DNA of 64,000 nt from Gammaproteobacteria bacterium (GCA_965202915.1 OZ241847.1:2194242-2258241); one strand, 5' to 3'. Positions 9,421 to 18,784 are shown, counted from the stretch's first letter. Made by a program: numbers and translations. The notes: generated by a model not told the origin, from the sequence alone.

Positions 9421-9788
9421 TATCATGGAATCATCCGATTCACACCATCTCCAGAATATACGGGCGGCAGCATCGGACACTTCCTTGGGTATGTGTGCTA
9501 CCCGCACCTCCAATTAACACGGCCGAGTTGAGAATGTGAACCAAGTATTTCGTTGGTAATTACCCCACATCCTTCGACTTATCAGGTAATGAGACAAGAC
9601 TCGGCAAGGTTACGGGACTTCCCCGGTCACCGTCTGTGCACAATCTTATAATGCTTTTCTGCGAAAATTATGAGGATTGTGTAAAATCCTCTCTTGTATA
9701 GGATTAGGATACCCTCTTGCCACACTTCAGACTGAAATCTGCCTTCTCCTCAAGAAAGGAGTGGCGCAAGGTGAACAGATAATCGGAT

Positions 9789-11648
9789 ATGGCGGCCCGA
9801 AAAAACCGAAACAAGGCCCGGCGCAGGCAAATGAAGCTGCAAACCACCGCCAGGCGCCCCGGCACGGTGCGTAGCCGGACCGGCCCCGTACCCATCAAAT
9901 CGTCGCCGGGCGGGTTGCAATCGCTTTTTTCCGGGCTCAAGCGGAGCGTACTTCACGGGGACCCGATCCCACCCGCACTCGCGGCCACGGCGCTGTGGCT
10001 GCTGATACTCATCAGTTACCTGCCCGCGACCTGGGCCGGTTTCGTGTGGGACGACTTCGCGTTCACGGAGGCCGAACAGGTACTGCGCCCATCCGGTCTT
10101 TGGGATATCTGGTTCAAGCCGCACTCGCTGCAGAATGAAGGCCATTACTGGCCGCTCCTCTATACGACCTTCTGGCTGGAGCACAAGTTGTGGGGGCTGG
10201 ACCCGACCGGTTATCATATCGTCAACCTGCTGCTGCACGGGTTGACCACGCTGTTGTTGTGGCGCCTGCTGCTGCGGCTGGCCGTGCCGGGCGCCTGGTT
10301 CGCGGCGGCGGTGTTCGCCGTGCACCCCCTGCACGTGGAGTCGGTGGCATGGGTTATCGGACGCAAGGACGTGCTGGCGGGGCTGTTCTCCGTGGCCTGC
10401 GTGCTGAGCTATCTGCGTTTCGTGGAAGCTGGTCGCCGCGCACGCTATACGCACTACTTTCGGGCACTGGCGCTGTTCGTGGCGGGACTGTTGAGCAAAT
10501 CCATTGTCGTCACCCTGCCGGTGTCGCTGTTGATCTGGCACTGGTGGAAGCAGGGTCGCGTAGCCGTGACCGACGCACTGAGGACGCTGCCGTTCCTGCT
10601 GCTGGGGCTCGGCATCACGATCATCGACTGGTGGTACTACAAGGACCGGGAAGAGATTGTCCTGGAGGACTACTCGTTGATCGAGCAGACGCTGAACGCG
10701 GCGCACGCGCTGTGGTTCTACGTTGGCAAACTGGTCTGGCCGGCGGAACTGGCAGTCATCTACCCGCGCTGGGAAATCAACGTCAGCGAGCCACTGGCCT
10801 GGGCGTATCTGGTCACCGCCGTCGCGGTGGTGTGGCTGCTGTGGTTCTACCGCGACCGCATTGGCCGGGGGCCGCTGGCGGGGGTGCTGTTCTTCGTGGT
10901 GACGCTATCACCGACCCTGGGGTTCGTCGAGTACGGTTTCATGCAGTTCTCGCTGGTCGCCGACCGCTATCAGTACCTGGCCGGGATCGGAGTGACGGCG
11001 GGCCTCGTGGCCGCCGCGGCCCGCGTTGCAGGCCGGCTGTCGGGTACGCCGGCGAGGGGCGTACAGGCCGCGGCGGTGCTGCTGCTGGTCGTGCTGGGAA
11101 CCATCAGTTGGAACCAGGCGGGCATCTACCGCGACAACTTCACGTTCTACCAGCATATCATCGCTCTCAACCCGCAGGCCAGGAACGCCTGGTACAACCT
11201 TGGCAGAGAGTATTCCATGCAGGGCCGCACGCAGGATGCGCTGGCCGCGTATCTCACCGCCGGCGAGCAGCGCCCCGACCACGTCTGGGCGCATATCGGC
11301 GCCGGGCAGATGGCCGCGGAACTGGGAAGGCTCGCCGAGGCGGAGATGTACCTGCAACGCGCGCTTGCGGTTGACCCGAGTTTCCCGGAAGCCCTCAACA
11401 ATATGGGAGCGCTGCGGCTCAGACAAAAACGCTACAGCGAGGCGCTCGAACTCTTTGAGACCCTGATTGAGATGCAGCCCGAGTACGCCAAGGTTTATTC
11501 TGGCATAGGCGTGGCCCTGGCCGGACTCAGGCGGTTTGAAGAGGCGTTGCGGAGTTTTGACCGCGCGCTTGAACTGGACCCGTCACTGGAAGAGGCGCGG
11601 GTCAACCGCGAGCACGTATTGCGGAACTCCAAAAGCGAGAGCAGGTAA
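9789..11648 (+). CDS. Membrane glycosyltransferase-like protein with a DUF1736 domain and C-terminal TPR repeats (TMTC-like, paralog 2).
   Basis: 619 aa. It has the same architecture as the 1260..3146 product, about 60-70% identical across the TM core (GHYWPLLYTTFWLE...AVHPLHVESVAWVIGRKD), with a diverged N-tail and TPR region. Its stop overlaps the start of the next gene. Confidence 0.75.
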   Translation: MAARKNRNKARRRQMKLQTTARRPGTVRSRTGPVPIKSSPGGLQSLFSGLKRSVLHGDPIPPALAATALWLLILISYLPATWAGFVWDDFAFTEAEQVLRPSGLWDIWFKPHSLQNEGHYWPLLYTTFWLEHKLWGLDPTGYHIVNLLLHGLTTLLLWRLLLRLAVPGAWFAAAVFAVHPLHVESVAWVIGRKDVLAGLFSVACVLSYLRFVEAGRRARYTHYFRALALFVAGLLSKSIVVTLPVSLLIWHWWKQGRVAVTDALRTLPFLLLGLGITIIDWWYYKDREEIVLEDYSLIEQTLNAAHALWFYVGKLVWPAELAVIYPRWEINVSEPLAWAYLVTAVAVVWLLWFYRDRIGRGPLAGVLFFVVTLSPTLGFVEYGFMQFSLVADRYQYLAGIGVTAGLVAAAARVAGRLSGTPARGVQAAAVLLLVVLGTISWNQAGIYRDNFTFYQHIIALNPQARNAWYNLGREYSMQGRTQDALAAYLTAGEQRPDHVWAHIGAGQMAAELGRLAEAEMYLQRALAVDPSFPEALNNMGALRLRQKRYSEALELFETLIEMQPEYAKVYSGIGVALAGLRRFEEALRSFDRALELDPSLEEARVNREHVLRNSKSESR

Positions 11649-13414
11649 TGGCGAAACGGAAAAACCCCCGCCCCGCCACTCGCCGGCGCCGACAACCTGG
11701 GGCAGCGGCGCCGACAACGGCAACGATGCCCTGGCGGTGGCGCGCGGGCGACGCCTTATTTGCCGCCGACCGCCCGCGGCTCGCCGGCGACGGCGAACAC
11801 TGGACGTATTTCTGGCCGCTGCTGGGCGCGGCCCTGCTGCTGCGCGCTGCCATCGCCCTGTGGGGTGACTTTGTGCTGCATCCGGACGAGATCATGCAAT
11901 ACCTGGAGCCGGCCCACTATGTGGCCTTCGGCAATGGCGTCCTCTACTGGGAATATCTCCACGGCGCACGCAGCTGGCTGATCCCGGGCGCGATCGCCGG
12001 CGTGCTGAAGGCGCTGGATGGCTTGGGGCTGGCGCAGCCGGCCATCTATATCGCCGTGGTGAAACTGTTGTTCTGCCTGCTGTCGCTGTCGGTGCCGTGG
12101 GCCATGTACCGCTTCACGCAAATCACGGTCAACGAGCGATCTGCTCGGCTGGCGCTGATCTTCGGCTGCTTCTGGTACGAACTGGCGGCGCTGGCGCACA
12201 AACCCTTCACCGAATTGTTCAGCACTTCCATTTTCATGGTCGTGCTCGCTCTGTCCGTGGGCAGGGAAGCGGAAAGACCCGCCAGGCTGTTTGCCATCGG
12301 CCTGCTGGCGGCACTCAGCGGTGCGGTGCGCCTGCAGTACGCACCCGTGGCGTTGCTGCTGTTGTTGCTGCGCTCGGTATCCCTGCGCAACGGCGTTGCC
12401 GGGCTGGTGTCGTTATGGGCGGGCGCCGGGCTGCTGACGCTGCTAGTGGGTATCTTCGAATGGCAGACCTGGGGGGCGCCGTTTCATTCCTACCTGAGCA
12501 ACTTCTTTATCAATCTCGCCATTGACCCCGCACGCGCCGGTGAATCAAGCCGATGGCTTCTGTTGGGGCAGTTGGCCGCGGCCAGCGGCGGCATGGCACT
12601 GATCGCCTTTGCCGCTGCGCTGCCCAGGGGGCGGCGGCATCTGCTCATCCTGGTGACGAGCGCGGTGATACTCGTCCTGCACCTGCTCCCGGAGCATCGC
12701 GAATACCGCTTCATCCACGTCCTGATCCCGTGCTGGTTGATGCTGCTGGCGGCCTGGATCGCGCGCTGGGGCGACGGATTGTCCGGCGAACGAGGCCGGA
12801 TATCCGCACTGGCGCGGCGCTGGGGCGCGGCGGCGGTGCTGGCCTTCGGCATCCCAGCCCTACTCAATGCGTTTCCCTGGCAGAGCCGGGTGTACCAGAG
12901 TTTCTCCGTGGAAAAACCGGTGTACTACTTGCGCAATCAGGACCCGATATTTGAGATCATGTCTTTCCTGGCCGCCCAGGACGACGTGCACGGAGCTCTC
13001 TACCATACCCGGGAATACAACGCATACTTCAGCACTGGCGGCTATTACTACCTGCACCACGACGTCCCTTTCTATACCGCGCAAGACACCTGGCAAACCA
13101 TCAGGGAACGGCACCCGGCGGTGCCTCAGGAATCGTTGGTTTCCCATATCGTGACCGAGGCCGACGGCCCCGCCATCCAGGGGTTCGAACGACTGCTCCG
13201 GCGTGGAAACCTGGCGCTGTGGCGGCGCCGGGACAACGACAGTGCAGTCCCCCGCTGGCGCGAGCACGTGATCAAGGTAAGCCATGCGGACCTAAACGAC
13301 CTGGTGAGCAGAACCATGCGGCGCCTGAACGCCTCTTCCATGCTCGACCTTTTCGTAGCCGATGACTTGTACTGGGTGGAGGCGCCACCGTTGTTTGAGT
13401 CGGCGGATGAATAA
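11648..13414 (+). CDS. GT22-like (PIG-B/ALG9/ALG12-type, Glyco_transf_22) membrane mannosyltransferase homologue.
   Basis: 588 aa. The GT22 signature LHPDEIMQYLEPAHYVAFGNG (HPDE..Q..E) sits near the N-terminus. The protein is multi-TM and GC-rich. Its start overlaps the upstream stop (TAATG). Confidence 0.6.
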   Translation: MAKRKNPRPATRRRRQPGAAAPTTATMPWRWRAGDALFAADRPRLAGDGEHWTYFWPLLGAALLLRAAIALWGDFVLHPDEIMQYLEPAHYVAFGNGVLYWEYLHGARSWLIPGAIAGVLKALDGLGLAQPAIYIAVVKLLFCLLSLSVPWAMYRFTQITVNERSARLALIFGCFWYELAALAHKPFTELFSTSIFMVVLALSVGREAERPARLFAIGLLAALSGAVRLQYAPVALLLLLLRSVSLRNGVAGLVSLWAGAGLLTLLVGIFEWQTWGAPFHSYLSNFFINLAIDPARAGESSRWLLLGQLAAASGGMALIAFAAALPRGRRHLLILVTSAVILVLHLLPEHREYRFIHVLIPCWLMLLAAWIARWGDGLSGERGRISALARRWGAAAVLAFGIPALLNAFPWQSRVYQSFSVEKPVYYLRNQDPIFEIMSFLAAQDDVHGALYHTREYNAYFSTGGYYYLHHDVPFYTAQDTWQTIRERHPAVPQESLVSHIVTEADGPAIQGFERLLRRGNLALWRRRDNDSAVPRWREHVIKVSHADLNDLVSRTMRRLNASSMLDLFVADDLYWVEAPPLFESADE

Positions 13415-13654
13415 AAGTTTGTGGTCACGATCTTACACGGGCAGCCCGATGCCGATACCGTTCGCAGGTGTGGCCCACCGGGCCAGGTGGTCGGCGATGC
13501 TTTCCGACCCCATGGAGCCCCGCGCGGCCCCGGAATAGTCTTCGCAACCGCTCATTGGTTTGCCGGCGACAATATGGCACACTCTCCGGCAGTTTGATTG
13601 TAATGTTGATCCTGTCTTTTGATTTGCTTTTTCATTGCTTTAGGAGGCCCGCCC

Positions 13655-14404
13655 ATGTCCAAAAACCTAAGCGACTTTTCAACCCTGAGCCTGGACTGCT
13701 ATGGCACACTCATTGACTGGGAGACTGGCATTTGGGACGCGCTACAGCCCCTGATCCGGCGATCCGGACGAGACGACGTCGTGCGCCGCCAAGGACTCGA
13801 GGCGTTCGCCCGATTTGAAAATGCCCGCGAAATGGAGACACCGGAGCTGCCCTACCCGGAGATTTTGCAACGAACCCACGCCGACGTGGCGGCCTACCTG
13901 GGAATGACCACCTCGGTGGAACTGGACCGCGAGTTTGCCTGCTCCATCGCCCACTGGCCGGCCTTTGCCGACACCGCCGACGCGCTGCGCCGCCTGCGGA
14001 AGCACTATAAACTGGTGATCCTGTCCAACGTCGACCGGGCCGGATTCGCCGCCTCGGCGACCAAGCTCGGCGTCGCCTTTGACGCCGCCTACACAGCGGA
14101 AGATATCCGCTCCTATAAACCCGCCGCCGCCAACTTCCACTACCTGATCGAACATCTCCAGGCCGATCTCGGCGTTAAGCGCGAAGCCATCCTGCACACC
14201 GCCCAGAGCCTGTTCCACGACCACGCACCGGCCAACGCCTTCGACCTCGCCAACGTCTGGATCGACCGCCAGGGGCTGTCGCATAGCGACAACTGGGGCG
14301 CCACCGCCAGGCTCGACAAGCGCCCCGACGTGGACTTCCTGTTCCCGACCCTGGCGGCGATGGCGGACGCAGTGGAAGGGGAGGTCGAGCCGCCCCAGGG
14401 TTGA
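13655..14404 (+). CDS. HAD-superfamily hydrolase, L-2-haloacid dehalogenase type II-like.
   Basis: LSLDCYGTLIDWE (DxYGT motif), ILSNVD and SYKP are present. The start was taken at MSKNLSDF with AGGAGG 8 nt upstream. The ORF track starts earlier, at 13619. Confidence 0.7.
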   Translation: MSKNLSDFSTLSLDCYGTLIDWETGIWDALQPLIRRSGRDDVVRRQGLEAFARFENAREMETPELPYPEILQRTHADVAAYLGMTTSVELDREFACSIAHWPAFADTADALRRLRKHYKLVILSNVDRAGFAASATKLGVAFDAAYTAEDIRSYKPAAANFHYLIEHLQADLGVKREAILHTAQSLFHDHAPANAFDLANVWIDRQGLSHSDNWGATARLDKRPDVDFLFPTLAAMADAVEGEVEPPQG

Positions 14405-14712
14405 AAGCGGTCATGCACTGTACCAGTTAAGGATATAAATCCAGTGGTGGGTCTGGTACCTGGCGTCGTTCCTGATTCCGCACTGATGGCGGGGCGGGGA
14501 GCAAGTGCACAGCAGGGGCCAGGACTGAACACTTCGGCAGTGGGTGCTGCCTGGCGTCTTGCTGGTTGTACAAACGCGCCGGTGCCACGTTGCTGGCGGT
14601 GCTGCTTCCCACCAATTGCGCCGCCGGGACATTTTTAATGAACTATGTCCACAAAAAATTCACTTGTCCGAGCGAAAGCTTTGTAGTGCCCGCCCTGGTG
14701 CGCGAGATTCAC

Positions 14713-15498
14713 TTACCCGTTCGCCATTGTGGAGACGGTCGTGTATCTGCGCGCGAGTGCCGCACGAGAGACACGGTGTTCGTCGACCAGTGGCGGGATT
14801 CCCCGATGTTGCCGTATTACTTGAGCGGTCAACTCATTTTCTGCTGCGGCCTGGGACACTACACCAGACTGCCCGGTGACCTTGTATAGGGTGATATCCT
14901 CGCGCACTTGCTCCAACAGATAGAATTCCATCCGGGCATGGTTGAAAGCGAAGCGATCTCCTGACCGGTTGTTGAACACCAGCTTGGAGAGCGCAATGTT
15001 GACGACTACCAGCGCGGCCAAAATTGTCAGTATCCAGTGATTAGACAGCCCTAGCCTGCAAACCACGGCAAACCCCTTGAGATGGGTCGGATTTCGACCC
15101 TGTGCGTAAACCAGCGTCAGCAGCAGAATCAAAAGAAAAAGCAGCACGTGTAAGGAATACACCTTCTGGATAATGGACTGCGACCAGAATAGCTTGGAAA
15201 ACCCGTAGGCGAAGCCGGCCATGTAGCCGCCGAGGCGGCCGCCCGTCAGGTGGACCGCCACCAGATATAGCACCGCGCAGGCCGCCGCGCCCAAAAGGGC
15301 GCTCAATATGTTGCCGGCCAGCGGGCGCGAAAGCAACGGCAGGTGGGCGAACGGGAAGCACAACATGCTGTACAGCGGGTAACCCGGCGGGTGCACTGGT
15401 TGGCCGTAGTGGCAAATCAGGTTGAAGATCGCTGCGTCTTCGTAGGTGACGACACGGGGCATCGTGGCCAGATATACGATAAAAAGCCCGGTAAACAC
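14713..15498 (-). CDS. DUF2723 (TMEM260-like) membrane protein. Only the N-terminal part is present, and the gene is probably a truncated pseudogene.
   Basis: VTYEDAAIF...HPPGYPLYSM matches the DUF2723 signature. Family members are usually longer than 500 aa, but this ORF ends at 261 aa and its tail looks non-native. Confidence 0.45.
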   Translation of the reverse strand: MFTGLFIVYLATMPRVVTYEDAAIFNLICHYGQPVHPPGYPLYSMLCFPFAHLPLLSRPLAGNILSALLGAAACAVLYLVAVHLTGGRLGGYMAGFAYGFSKLFWSQSIIQKVYSLHVLLFLLILLLTLVYAQGRNPTHLKGFAVVCRLGLSNHWILTILAALVVVNIALSKLVFNNRSGDRFAFNHARMEFYLLEQVREDITLYKVTGQSGVVSQAAAENELTAQVIRQHRGIPPLVDEHRVSRAALARRYTTVSTMANG

Positions 15499-15656
15499 GG
15501 CCAGAGGGGGGGCAGCCCTGTCCTTCGATGTTATCGCGTAATGAAAACAAGCTAACCGTAGCGGCGTTGCGCACCCTGTCTTGGGACTGGGGGCGCACCT
15601 TACCCGAACGGGTACGGTTTTTTCTTTTACTCTTTCTGCGCATGGTGCCTACCCAA

Positions 15657-15956
15657 CTACAGTCCCTTTTTGGCAAATACTATCACGTCTGATGCTGTAC
15701 CCGCTCGAATCGGCTCGCCTGAACGGGAGGGCGGAATGATTGTAATGTCGACTATGATGTCGCGTGTTTCATCCGGGCGGTTTTGTTGAATCTCGTCTTT
15801 TATGATTTGTATGTCCAGCCGGATCAACGGTTTATTCAGGTCAAAGATTTTCGCCAATTGGTAGCAAACGTCGCCGTCAAAGAATAAATCTTTGCGGTCT
15901 GTCTCAACCTCATATTGGGGGTTATAATGGTCTTGAGTTCGTTTTGCTTGGCACAA
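15657..15956 (-). CDS. Hypothetical small protein in an AT-rich patch.
   Basis: 99-aa ORF on the minus strand with no recognisable motifs. GC is low. Confidence 0.3.
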   Translation of the reverse strand: MCQAKRTQDHYNPQYEVETDRKDLFFDGDVCYQLAKIFDLNKPLIRLDIQIIKDEIQQNRPDETRDIIVDITIIPPSRSGEPIRAGTASDVIVFAKKGL

Positions 15957-16329
15957 TCGTAATATTTACTCAGTAGTGGACCAATCCACCGCTGTTTTTT
16001 CTTTGATAATACTCTGCACTTTTTTGATTGGATATAGCGAGTTCAAGGATGTGTTTGACTCACTGCTAAAAGACAACCCTATCTTCCACATGTCCCGACA
16101 AGCGGCCCTATTCAACCAAAAACTGGCTGACACGTCCCCGCATCGGGGTTGGCTACCCAAATACAACGCCATCCGACCTCATAAAGGAGTTGGACTCAAA
16201 ACACCCGTATGGATTACTATCGATAACAACAAAATTTATACAATATGTGGTGGACCCCATACATAGAGTAGTAGAAATATCGCTATGTGGGAGTATATAT
16301 GCAGATAAGGCATAGGGAGTTTCCTAATA

Positions 16330-17304
16330 ATGAAATTAGATGAATTAAATAAATACAGAAGGCTAATACTCATTATTAGTGTTATTGCCTTTTCTCTTTT
16401 GTTAATTGGTGTGTCTGAGGTCTTTCTAGCCAGATATATGGGCCTGGGTGAGCCTGTACTTTATGACTCATCTCCAATATACGGGTATAGGCCATTGCCT
16501 GGAAAAACATACTCTAGATTTTATGGAAAGGAGGTAAAGTTTAATAATCTGGGGCTAAGGTCTGAATCTGATTGGAACGAAGATATTGAAGATAAAATAC
16601 TTTTTCTTGGTGATTCCGTAACTTATGGAGGTTCTTATATTAGCAATACGGAATTGTTTTCTTATCTATCTGTAAAAAATCTGGGAAACAATTACGTTAG
16701 CGGGAATGCCGGGGTAAATGCATGGGGGGTTGAAAATATATATGGTCTTATTGTCGAGTCAGGGTTCATGCCCGCGGGAATTTACGTCACAGTTATTCCA
16801 GAATCTGATTTTTACAGAGGCTTGACTAGAATACACGGGCTCCCTTTCTATAATGAGGATCCAAAATATGCTTTTCAGGAGCTATTTGATTATTTTATTA
16901 TTAATAAAAATAATAATAAGCGATACAAAGGTTGGCAACACTATGCTGATAAAAACACAAAGGCTTTCGTTATAGAAAAAGCAGTGAAAAAACTAAAGAT
17001 GATCGATGTATTGTTAAAGGAAAAGGGGTATAAGCACTTAATCTTTATTTCTCCCAAAAAAAGGCAAGTGATAAAACATTTGGAGAAAGATCTTCTGAAA
17101 AAAGATCCATTGGTTAAAAAATTTCTAACGAAACATGGGCTGTTTCCTTTCTATATAAAAGATGAAATAAATAAGCTTGATTTATTGAGGGAGGAAATAG
17201 AGGGTATCTATCATGGCGACCATGACAACATACATCTTTCAGAAAAGGGCCATAGGCTCTGGGCAAGGATTATAACAAATAAGTTACAAGAGTTACTGCT
17301 TTAG
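16330..17304 (+). CDS. SGNH/GDSL-family hydrolase with an N-terminal TM anchor.
   Basis: 324 aa. FLGDSVTYGG is a GDSx block I, and an N-terminal hydrophobic segment is present. The gene is AT-rich. Confidence 0.6.
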   Translation: MKLDELNKYRRLILIISVIAFSLLLIGVSEVFLARYMGLGEPVLYDSSPIYGYRPLPGKTYSRFYGKEVKFNNLGLRSESDWNEDIEDKILFLGDSVTYGGSYISNTELFSYLSVKNLGNNYVSGNAGVNAWGVENIYGLIVESGFMPAGIYVTVIPESDFYRGLTRIHGLPFYNEDPKYAFQELFDYFIINKNNNKRYKGWQHYADKNTKAFVIEKAVKKLKMIDVLLKEKGYKHLIFISPKKRQVIKHLEKDLLKKDPLVKKFLTKHGLFPFYIKDEINKLDLLREEIEGIYHGDHDNIHLSEKGHRLWARIITNKLQELLL

Positions 17305-17593
17305 TTGGCGTTAAGCCCTGGGTTGGCAGCTAACGATTGCGGGTTTTATTCTGTCGCCATGGGGTCGCTTTGTTGGACAATATATTGCATTAATCTCAAC
17401 AAGTTAATCGCAACCAAAGAATCATTTGGCAACGTATTATCATAATAATTATCTTTCCATTCATAGGGTTATTGTACCGATTTACTTGGCCTGGCTGTAT
17501 AAGCTCAGAAACATATTGCGGGCAATATCCTCGGCGTATATCATGTCATCGTGTGTGACGTTCCGCTATCGCAAGACAACCAGGATAAACAAT

Positions 17594-17935
17594 ATGACTG
17601 ATACCGTATTTGGAAAAATCATAGCCGGGGAAATACCCGCGGACGTGGTCTATGAGGATGACTTGTGTCTGGGATTTCGTGACGTCAATCCTCAGGCACC
17701 GACCCATATACTGCTGATTCCGAAAAAATCTATCGCTAAATTATCCGAGGCAGGGCCGGAGGATCAGGCGTTGCTTGGCCACCTGATGTTGACCGCCGCT
17801 AAAATTGCCGGACAGGAAGGTGTTGGTGATCGCTTCCGGCTGGTGATGAATAATGGTGCTGATGCCGGTCAAACCGTATTCCATCTGCATATCCATATCC
17901 TTGCCGGTCGACAATTGGACTGGCCCCCCGGGTAG
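17594..17935 (+). CDS. HIT-family (histidine triad) nucleotide-binding protein.
   Basis: HLHIHIL is a histidine-triad motif. The start was taken at MTDTVFGKIIAGEIP, which is internal to the track ORF 17426..17935. Confidence 0.8.
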   Translation: MTDTVFGKIIAGEIPADVVYEDDLCLGFRDVNPQAPTHILLIPKKSIAKLSEAGPEDQALLGHLMLTAAKIAGQEGVGDRFRLVMNNGADAGQTVFHLHIHILAGRQLDWPPG

Positions 17936-17968
17936 CCTGGCCCGTCCCGGCAATAAAGATGCGGCTTT

Positions 17969-18784
17969 TTAGTGCTTCTTTTGCCGGCATAAAAGCGAAA
18001 TAAAATAGGCTGAGCAAGCGATGAGCACCATGACGGATGCCGCCGGCAGATCAGGCTGATAGGAAACGGCCAATCCAAGCCAGGTGACCATTAATGCAAT
18101 CAGGCAGGCAACGATCATCATTTTTTTCAGTGATTTTGTGAATAGAGCCGCGGTCGCGGCCGGCATGCTTAACAAACAGATAACCAGTATTAATCCAACG
18201 ACTTGTATTAATAATACGACGGTCAGTGCAATCAATAAAAACAGCAAATAATAGATTGCCTCGACGTTAATGCCTCGAATGCGGGCAAATTCTTCATCAA
18301 AGACCGATAACAGTATTTGTTGGTAAAAGATCGATACCACGCTGATGATCACTATATCAAGAACCAGCATCAGAATAAGATCGGAATCAGTGATCAGCAG
18401 GATATTGCCAAATAGATAAGCGAATAAATCCACGTTATATCCCGGCGTCTTTGACAGGAAGATAATGCCGATTGCCATCCCGGCGGACCATATTGCGGCA
18501 ATTAAGACGTCTTCCTGCTGTTTCCATTTCAGATTAATCCAGCCAATAATCATTGCCGCGATAATCGCGGTGATGATTGCGCCGTGCATCGGCGACGCAC
18601 CAAAGAAATAGGCGATACCCATGCCTGCCAGAACCGAATGCGCTATCCCGGCACTGATGCTGCTGATCCTCTTGACAACGACGTAACTGCCAATGATGCC
18701 GCAACCGATGCTCGCCAGCAGACAGGCAATCACCGCATATTGCATGAATTGGTAATTGCTTAATAAATTAATGGCTTCATTCAT
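17969..18784 (-). CDS. znuB: Zinc/manganese ABC transporter permease (ABC-3 family).
   Basis: 271 aa, multi-TM, typical of the ZnuB/MntB family. It sits in an operon with an ATPase and a His-rich binding protein. Confidence 0.8.
   Translation of the reverse strand: MNEAINLLSNYQFMQYAVIACLLASIGCGIIGSYVVVKRISSISAGIAHSVLAGMGIAYFFGASPMHGAIITAIIAAMIIGWINLKWKQQEDVLIAAIWSAGMAIGIIFLSKTPGYNVDLFAYLFGNILLITDSDLILMLVLDIVIISVVSIFYQQILLSVFDEEFARIRGINVEAIYYLLFLLIALTVVLLIQVVGLILVICLLSMPAATAALFTKSLKKMMIVACLIALMVTWLGLAVSYQPDLPAASVMVLIACSAYFISLLCRQKKH

Noticed and set aside
10190-11374. A 394-aa ORF on the + strand in an alternative frame inside the second TMTC-like gene. Similar Arg/Ala/Gly-rich ORFs occur at 1679..2146, 2166..2996, 2189..2731, 9750..10706 and 10908..11426.
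   Set aside because: Long spurious ORFs are expected in ~65% GC coding DNA because stop codons are rare. Their composition (R/A/G/P-rich) is typical of off-frame translation, and they overlap well-supported genes.
11756-13428. Multiple antisense and alternative-frame ORFs overlapping the GT22-like gene (for example 12046..12390, 12490..12867 and 12860..13285).
   Set aside because: Same GC-driven artefact. The sense frame carries the conserved HPDE..Q..E motif and TM helices.
1-17400. Looked for an integrase, transposase or recombinase, or for tRNA-flanked att sites bounding the accessory region.
   Set aside because: None found. The only tRNA (22076..22152) is outside the region and has no mobile genes next to it. 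The islands are defined here by composition and gene content only.
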